A program made the translations under genes and the position numbers. The notes under the pieces were generated by a model. The model saw nothing but the letters and a program-made list of their open reading frames with translations. It did not search any database and was not told the DNA's origin. From Paracoccus suum (GTDB taxonomy: Bacteria > Pseudomonadota > Alphaproteobacteria > Rhodobacterales > Rhodobacteraceae), in assembly GCF_003324675.1 (NCBI RefSeq), contig NZ_CP030918.1, positions 3,000,001-3,032,000 of the forward strand: a stretch of 32,000 nucleotides of DNA. The letters run 5' to 3'. Of this stretch, positions 26,743 to 32,000 are shown piece by piece (the stretch's first letter is position 1; each line of letters opens with the position of its first letter).

Positions 26743-27379
26743 TGAGCCTCCTTTCAAGCATGCGGCTGCCCTGCGACAGCGGCCAGCAGAGCAGGAAATA
26801 GATCAGGCCGACCAGCGCAAAGACCAGGAACGGCTTGTAGGTCGCGTTGGCCACCGCGGTGCCGGCCTTTGTCAGCTCAACAAACCCGATGATCGAGGTC
26901 AGCGCGGTGCCTTTCAGGACCTGGACTGAAAAGCCGACCGTCGGTGGAATGGCGATGCGCAGCGCCTGGGGCATGATGACATGCCGCATCTGCTCGATCC
27001 GGCGCATCCCGAGGCTGGCCGAGGCCTCCCACTGACCCTTGGCGATCGCCTCGACACAGCCGCGCCAGATCTCGGCCAGGAAGGCGGCGGTCCAGATGAC
27101 CATGCCGACGCCGGCGGCAAGCCAGGCCGGCACGTTCATGCCGAATAGCGCCAGGCCGAAAAACACCAGGAAAAGCTGCAGCAGCAGTGGCGTACCCTGG
27201 ATCAATTCGATGAACCAGCGCGCCCCGATCCGAATTGCGCGGATGGACGAAATGCGCAGCATCAGGATGCCGAGGCCCAGCAGGCCGCCGCCGATGATGG
27301 CGACGAGAAACAGCACGATGGTCCATTCCGTCGCCAGCAGCAGATTGCGCAGGATGTCCCACATGGTGAACTGGGTCAT
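26723..27379 (-). CDS. polar amino acid ABC transporter permease (HisM/GlnP type)
   Basis: 218 aa, TM-rich, contains the EAA-like block. ATGA overlap with the upstream permease. Confidence 0.88.
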   Translation of the reverse strand: MTQFTMWDILRNLLLATEWTIVLFLVAIIGGGLLGLGILMLRISSIRAIRIGARWFIELIQGTPLLLQLFLVFFGLALFGMNVPAWLAAGVGMVIWTAAFLAEIWRGCVEAIAKGQWEASASLGMRRIEQMRHVIMPQALRIAIPPTVGFSVQVLKGTALTSIIGFVELTKAGTAVANATYKPFLVFALVGLIYFLLCWPLSQGSRMLERRLNAPHRN

Positions 27380-28050
27380 TTCCGCGGCCCCCTCTGTGCG
27401 AACATCAGATATCCGACGCCATTCAGCGCCTGTCGCAGGACCAGCGCCAGCACCAGGTACAGCAGCGTCGCCACGATGTAGGTCTCGAACGCGCGGAAGT
27501 TGCGCGACTGGATGAAGTTGGCGGCAAAGGTGATGTCCTCGACCGAAACCTGCGAGACCACGGCCGTTGAGAACATGACAATGATCAGCTGCGAGGTGAG
27601 GGCCGGCCAGATCCGCTTGAGGGCCGGGTTCAGCACCACATACCAGAAGGTCTGCAGCCGGCTCATCGCGAGGCTGGCGCCCGCCTCGAACTGGCCGCGC
27701 GGCGTCGCCTCGAGACCTGCGCGCACGATCTCGCTGCTATAGGCACCGAGATTGATCATGACCGTAAGCCCGGCCGCGAAATTGCTCGACATGGACAGGC
27801 CGATCGACGGCAGGCCGAAAAAGATGAAATAGAGCTGGACGAGGAACGGGGTGTTGCGGATCACCTCGACATAGACGGCCACGATCGGCCGCAGCGCCTT
27901 GGGACCGTCGGTGCGAACCCAGGCGCAGAAGATGCCCAAGCCCACGCCCAGCACGCCGCCAACCAGGATCAGCAGCAACGTGACCAGCACGCCTTTGCTC
28001 AGAAGCGGCCAGTATTCCGCCAGCCAGCTGTAGTCGAAATCGTAAACCAT
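27376..28050 (-). CDS. polar amino acid ABC transporter permease (HisQ/GlnP type)
   Basis: Start MVYDFDYSWLAEYWPLL at ATG 28050 with GGAG 5 nt upstream (the ORF-track GTG at 28056 is also possible). Motif IRNTPFLVQLYFIFFGLP. Confidence 0.88.
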   Translation of the reverse strand: MVYDFDYSWLAEYWPLLSKGVLVTLLLILVGGVLGVGLGIFCAWVRTDGPKALRPIVAVYVEVIRNTPFLVQLYFIFFGLPSIGLSMSSNFAAGLTVMINLGAYSSEIVRAGLEATPRGQFEAGASLAMSRLQTFWYVVLNPALKRIWPALTSQLIIVMFSTAVVSQVSVEDITFAANFIQSRNFRAFETYIVATLLYLVLALVLRQALNGVGYLMFAQRGPRK

Positions 28051-28101
28051 GCGCACTCCGGCGAAGGCGGCAGGCCCGTGAAGGACCCGCCGCCGCTTGC
28101 A

Positions 28102-28884
28102 TCAAAGATTGGCCGGTGCGGGCTCGCCCAGCCACTTCTCGGACAACTCGTTCAGCTTGCCGTCCGCCTTCAACGCGTCGATCGCCTCATTGATCGCACT
28201 AATGAAGGCGGTGTCGCCCTTGACGGCACCGACATAGGCGCCCTCGTCATTCAGCTTGAACTTGGTCTCCAGCGGGCGCTTGGCGTCCTTGGCGACCATG
28301 AAAGCCGTGATGTTGCCGGTGACGAACAGATCGGCCTGGCCGGACATGTAGGCGGCCTGCGTGCCGGTGCTGTCCTCGAAACGCTTCAGTTCGGCGTCCT
28401 TGGGCACCAGGTCCGAGATGATCAGGTCTTGGGTCGAGCCACGCGTGACGGCCAGCGACTTGCCGGACAGATCCTCGGGACCCGAGACCTTGACGTCGGG
28501 CGGACCGAAGACGCCGTTGAAGGTCATCGCGTAGGGCTTCGAATACTCGACCACCTTCTCGCGCTCGGCATTCTTGCCGAGCGAGGCGATGATGACATCG
28601 ACCTTGCCGGTTTGCAGGTACGGAATCCGGTTTGGCGCCGAGACCGGGACGAACTCGGCAGTTACGCCCAGCTTTTCGGCGATCATGTTCGCCAGGTCCA
28701 CATCCAGCCCGAGGGGCTTCATGTCGGGCCCGACGGAGCCGAACGGCGGATAGTCCTGCAAGACCGCGACGCGCATCTTGCCGGCGGACTTCAGGTTGGC
28801 GACCGTGTCCGCATGTGCGAAGGCCCCGAGGCCCGACAGGGCCATGGCGGTGACCGCGACGCGGAACAGTTGACGACGATTCAT
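28102..28884 (-). CDS. polar amino acid ABC transporter substrate-binding protein (SBP_bac_3 type) with signal peptide
   Basis: Start MNRRQLFRVAVTAMALSGLGAFAHA/DT at ATG 28884, preceded by GGGAG. The mature part (KMRVAVLQDYPPFGS...) is typical of family-3 SBPs. The ORF-track extension to 29058 is rejected. Confidence 0.9.
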   Translation of the reverse strand: MNRRQLFRVAVTAMALSGLGAFAHADTVANLKSAGKMRVAVLQDYPPFGSVGPDMKPLGLDVDLANMIAEKLGVTAEFVPVSAPNRIPYLQTGKVDVIIASLGKNAEREKVVEYSKPYAMTFNGVFGPPDVKVSGPEDLSGKSLAVTRGSTQDLIISDLVPKDAELKRFEDSTGTQAAYMSGQADLFVTGNITAFMVAKDAKRPLETKFKLNDEGAYVGAVKGDTAFISAINEAIDALKADGKLNELSEKWLGEPAPANL

Positions 28885-29114
28885 TCGTGCACTCCCTTGA
28901 CGGGAAGCATGTCTCAGGCCTGCGGCACCCTGGGGTAGGTACCGCTTCGTCGGCCGAACAAGGCTTCCCGATGTATCGAACGTCCCGGCGCGATGGACTG
29001 CGCCTCCCCGGGTAAAAATAGACCGCAAAGCAAAATACCGGGCCAATACAAACTTCACCCAGAGTCATGCAAATCTGATATGGAGCACAGCACGACGGGC
29101 GAAAGGGGCGTGCA

Positions 29115-30032
29115 ATGCGGCTAAATGCGAGACTGGTCGAGTGCTTCAATGCGGTGATGACCGTGGGCACGGTGACCGCCGCGGCGACCATGCTGAACAC
29201 GTCGCAGCCGGCCGTCAGCCGGTCGATCAAGCAGCTTGAATCGGCCACCGGGCTAAAGCTGTTCCAGCGCGAAAAGGGCCGTCTGATCCCGACCGCGCAT
29301 GCGCTTGCTTTCTTCGAGGAGGTCAAGAAATCCTTCAGCGGCCTCGATCAGCTGGGCCGGGTCGCCGCCAGCCTGCGCGGTCACCAGAGCGGCAGCGTCA
29401 GTATCGTCTGCGCACCGGTATTCTCGTATGGTTTCGTCGCCGACGCAGCCAGCCGGTTCCTCGACAAATACGAGGCCGTCAGCCTCAGCGTGGACACCCA
29501 GTCCTCGCCCACGATCGGCGAGTGGATGGCCGCGCAGCGCTTCGACATTGCGGTGGCCCGCTATCATTCGCCACCTGGTAGCGTAATCGCGACGCCCTTT
29601 TCCGAGCCGGAGGAGGTGTGTGTGCTTCCCCCCTACCATCCCCTCGCGGCGCGCAAATTGTTGACGGCCAAGGACCTTCAGGGATCGCGCTTCGTCTTCT
29701 TGGGGAATAAGGACCCGTACCGTTTCAGGCTCGACACCGTGTTCGACCGGGCCGGGATCGACCGCGACCTAGTGGTCGAAACGCCCCATTCCGCCTCGGC
29801 CTGCAGCATGGTTCTGAAGGGGGCCGGCATCGCCATCGTCAATCCGTTCACGGCGGTCGACTTCCTGCCGCACGGCCTGATCATGCGCCGCTTTGCCAAC
29901 AGCCTGCCATTCACGACCACGCTGCTGCGCGCCCGCCACCGTCCAGCATCGCCCTTGGTCGATCTGTTCATCAAGGAACTGTATCTGACCCGCGACCGCT
30001 ACCTCGAGATCGCAGCGCGCGCCCTGGAATAG
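29115..30032 (+). CDS. LysR family transcriptional regulator (divergent from the amino-acid ABC operon)
   Basis: wHTH FNAVMTVGTVTAAATMLNTSQPAVSRSIKQLESATGLKLFQREKGRLIPT. 305 aa. AAAGGGG SD. Confidence 0.92.
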   Translation: MRLNARLVECFNAVMTVGTVTAAATMLNTSQPAVSRSIKQLESATGLKLFQREKGRLIPTAHALAFFEEVKKSFSGLDQLGRVAASLRGHQSGSVSIVCAPVFSYGFVADAASRFLDKYEAVSLSVDTQSSPTIGEWMAAQRFDIAVARYHSPPGSVIATPFSEPEEVCVLPPYHPLAARKLLTAKDLQGSRFVFLGNKDPYRFRLDTVFDRAGIDRDLVVETPHSASACSMVLKGAGIAIVNPFTAVDFLPHGLIMRRFANSLPFTTTLLRARHRPASPLVDLFIKELYLTRDRYLEIAARALE

Positions 30033-30143
30033 TTTGAGGCGGGCCCATATCGGATGCGCATGGACTAGCGCGATCTTGGCATTGGCGAGCCTCAAGCCGC
30101 CCCGTCTAGGCTGCGCCTGCCCATTGGTCCCAGCTGGAAGTGC

Positions 30144-31232
30144 ATGATGCAGCCGAAACGAATGATCGATCTGTTCAGCGATACCAAATCGCGTCCCAGC
30201 GAAGCCATGCGGCGCTTCATGATGCGGGCCGAAGTCGGCGACGAGCAGAAGGACGAGGATCCGACCGTGCGCACGCTGTGCGAGCGCGTGGCCGACATGC
30301 TGGGCAAGGAATCCGCCGTCTACCTGCCCTCCGGCACGATGTGCAACGAAATCTCGCTGGCCGTGCATTGTCGCCCCGGCGAGGAAGTGATCTGCGACCG
30401 CAGTTCGCACATCATCCATTACGAGGCCGGCGGCCCGGCCGCGCTCTCGGGCGTGATGATCCGTACCGTCGACGGCCACAACGGCATTTTCAACGCCGAG
30501 CAGCTCGGTGCCGCGATCCGCCCCGAGAGCCGCTATGCCCCCCGCAGCCGGCTGGTCTGCGTCGAACAGACCGCGAACCTCGCCGGCGGTCGCATTTGGC
30601 CGCTGGAGACGATCCGTGAGGTCATGACGGTGGCTCGGCAGGCGGGCCTTTCGGGTCACCTCGATGGCGCACGTCTTCTGAACGCCGTAGCGGCCACCCG
30701 CGTCGCCGCACGCTCCTATGCCGAGCCTTTCGATTCGGCATGGATCGACCTGACAAAGGGCCTCGGCGCGCCGGTTGGGGCCGTTCTGGCCGGCTCGCGC
30801 GATTTCATCCGCGAGGCCTGGCGCCTCAAGCAGATGTGGGGCGGCGCGATGCGCCAGGCCGGCATCATCGCCGCGGCCGGGGTCTATGCGCTGGACCACA
30901 ACGTCAACCGTCTGGTCGACGATCACGACAACGCCCAGCGCCTCGCTCGCGGCCTTGCGCAGATGGACGGCATCGGCCTCGACCCGGCGGACGTGGAAAC
31001 CAACATGGTGTTCTTTGACGTCGCGGGCACCGGCCTTACCGCTGCCGAGATCGTCGCGGTCGCGCGCGAAAGGGGCGTGCTGATAGGCGCCTTCGGCCCC
31101 AGCACCATCCGCGCCGTGACGCATATCGATGTGAGCGAAGCCGATGTCGATGTTGCGCTGCAAGTCCTTGGCGGCATCGTCGAGGATGCGGGGCGGATCG
31201 GGACCAAGAAGCTCGCCGCGGCGCACAGCTGA
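30144..31232 (+). CDS. threonine aldolase family PLP-dependent enzyme (low-specificity L-threonine aldolase-like)
   Basis: 362 aa. IDLFSDTKSRPSEAMRRFM...GDEQKDEDPTV, SGTMCNEISL, and the PLP-lysine context WIDLTKGLGAPVGAVLAG. GGAAG SD. In-frame ATGs at 30147 and 30162 are alternative starts. Confidence 0.85.
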   Translation: MMQPKRMIDLFSDTKSRPSEAMRRFMMRAEVGDEQKDEDPTVRTLCERVADMLGKESAVYLPSGTMCNEISLAVHCRPGEEVICDRSSHIIHYEAGGPAALSGVMIRTVDGHNGIFNAEQLGAAIRPESRYAPRSRLVCVEQTANLAGGRIWPLETIREVMTVARQAGLSGHLDGARLLNAVAATRVAARSYAEPFDSAWIDLTKGLGAPVGAVLAGSRDFIREAWRLKQMWGGAMRQAGIIAAAGVYALDHNVNRLVDDHDNAQRLARGLAQMDGIGLDPADVETNMVFFDVAGTGLTAAEIVAVARERGVLIGAFGPSTIRAVTHIDVSEADVDVALQVLGGIVEDAGRIGTKKLAAAHS

Positions 31233-31258
31233 CGGCAAGGGCGCGCGGCTCGCCCGCG

Positions 31259-31951
31259 CTACTCCGATGCAGCCCTGTACCCGATCCCGGGCTCGTTGAA
31301 GATCAGCCTCGGATCGGCGGCGCTGTCGCCGAGTTTCTCGCGCAGGCGGGCGATGACGATACGAAGGTAATGGGCGTCGTCGACATGCGCGGGACCCCAG
31401 ATCGTTTGCAGCAAATCGCGGTGGGTCAGCAGCCGGCCCGGATTGCGCAGCAGCAGGGCGAGCACATCGAACTCCTTGCGCGTCAGGGCAATGGCGACAT
31501 CGTCCCGCTGGACTTGGCGCGTGGCCAGATCGAGCGTAAGCGGGCCCAGGCGGATAAGCGAGGGCTCGGCGGTTCCGGGCGCGTGTCGCCGCAGCAGCAC
31601 CCGCAGGCGAGCGAGCATCTCGCCCGTCGCAAAGGGCTTGGTCAGGTAATCGTCGGCGCCCGCATCTAGCGCGGCAATCGTCTCGCGCTCGTCATTGCGA
31701 ACCGACAGGATCAGGATCGGGGTCTGCGTCCACTGTCGGACATCGGCAATGACCTGCTTTCCGTCGATATCCGGCAGACCCAAGTCCAGAAGGATCGCGT
31801 CGGGCGCGCCGGTTGCGGCCATCTCGACCCCCAGGCGGCCGCGTGCCGCCTCGTCCACGGTGTATTTTGCCCCTTCGAGGACGATGCGCAAAAAGCGCCG
31901 GATCGGCGCCTCGTCCTCGATGATCAGGATCCGCGGGGCGGGTTCAGCCAT
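31259..31951 (-). CDS. kdpE: OmpR-family response regulator, KdpE-like
   Basis: Start MAEPAPRILIIEDE at ATG 31951, preceded by GGGGAGGA. Receiver motifs LLDLGLPDIDG and LSVRNDERETIAALDAGADDYLTKPF. DNA-binding part LTRKEFDVLALLLRNPGRLLTHRDLLQTIWGP...HYLRIVIARLREKL...GIGYR parallels E. coli KdpE. Confidence 0.8.
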   Translation of the reverse strand: MAEPAPRILIIEDEAPIRRFLRIVLEGAKYTVDEAARGRLGVEMAATGAPDAILLDLGLPDIDGKQVIADVRQWTQTPILILSVRNDERETIAALDAGADDYLTKPFATGEMLARLRVLLRRHAPGTAEPSLIRLGPLTLDLATRQVQRDDVAIALTRKEFDVLALLLRNPGRLLTHRDLLQTIWGPAHVDDAHYLRIVIARLREKLGDSAADPRLIFNEPGIGYRAASE

Positions 31952-32000
31952 CGTCCTCCCCTTCAGCGGCGGCAAAGGTCATGCGGATCGCAGCACCCGG
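31944..32000 (-). CDS. C-terminal 18 codons of an upstream gene, probably the KdpD-type sensor kinase (5' part outside the window)
   Basis: The minus-strand frame is open from the window edge: PGAAIRMTFAAAEGEDDG, stop TGA at 31946-31944. This overlaps the kdpE ATG by 8 nt (ATGGCTGA). Identity is inferred only from the usual kdpD-kdpE arrangement. Confidence 0.4.
   Translation of the reverse strand, partial: PGAAIRMTFAAAEGEDDG

Noticed and set aside
28965-29081. Candidate LysR boxes in the divergent region 28885-29114: the imperfect dyad TTCCCGATGTATCGAA at 28965-28980 and CAT-N11-ATG at 29065-29081.
   Set aside because: T-N11-A matches occur frequently by chance, and the dyads are imperfect. 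I have no basis for choosing between them without footprinting or conservation data.
25223-29326. Plus-strand ORFs 25223..26020, 26017..26745 and 28078..28938, and minus-strand ORF 28247..29326, overlapping the racemase and ABC genes.
   Set aside because: None has motifs. All overlap well-supported genes. 28247..29326 is out of frame with the SBP gene and crosses the divergent promoter region.
30034-30095. Long-range 7-bp inverted repeat TTGAGGC ... GCCTCAA enclosing 48 nt between the LysR stop and the aldolase start, considered as a riboswitch or leader structure.
   Set aside because: The stem is too short and I recognise no conserved riboswitch core (for example the glycine or SAM types). 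It cannot be distinguished from chance in GC-rich DNA without covariation data.
29769-31238. 489-aa minus-strand ORF covering the LysR 3' end and the whole threonine-aldolase gene.
   Set aside because: It is an antisense shadow with low-complexity Arg/Ala/Gly/Asp/His content. The + strand ORF contains the PLP-lysine context and aldolase motifs.

Overview
High-GC sequence (60-nt lines counted by hand are about 65% G+C). It looks proteobacterial, probably alphaproteobacterial (Rhodobacterales/Rhizobiales-like), and is packed with accessory-metabolism operons. I support 30 genes plus two edge fragments.

(1) 465-10658 (+): a ten-gene, translationally coupled cluster. It holds a CMD/AhpD-like protein pair, an embedded LysR regulator, a frameshifted two-dinucleotide-fold flavoprotein, a Dpp-type ABC importer with its binding protein last, and a BAAT/acyl-CoA-thioesterase-like hydrolase.

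(2) 10830-13296 (+): a small, highly charged protein, then a protein-L-isoaspartate methyltransferase fused to an erythromycin-esterase-like domain. The fusion is interrupted by one in-frame TAA.

(3) 13305-24014 (-): hydantoinase/oxoprolinase A and B subunits, a Liv-type ABC importer, a DAO-family FAD oxidase and an ATC-hydrolase-family protein. An AraC regulator is divergent from it (24175-25212).

(4) 25262-31232: a polar-amino-acid ABC importer with a YgeA-like racemase (-), and a divergent LysR regulator with a threonine-aldolase-family enzyme (+).

(5) 31259-32000 (-): kdpE and the last codons of a kdpD-like gene.

I found no rRNA, tRNA, CRISPR array, transposase, integrase or recognisable defence system. 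The best candidates for undescribed biology are cluster (1), the hyuAB-centred locus (3) and the methyltransferase-esterase fusion. All functional readings are inferences from motifs seen in the translations. No database search was possible.
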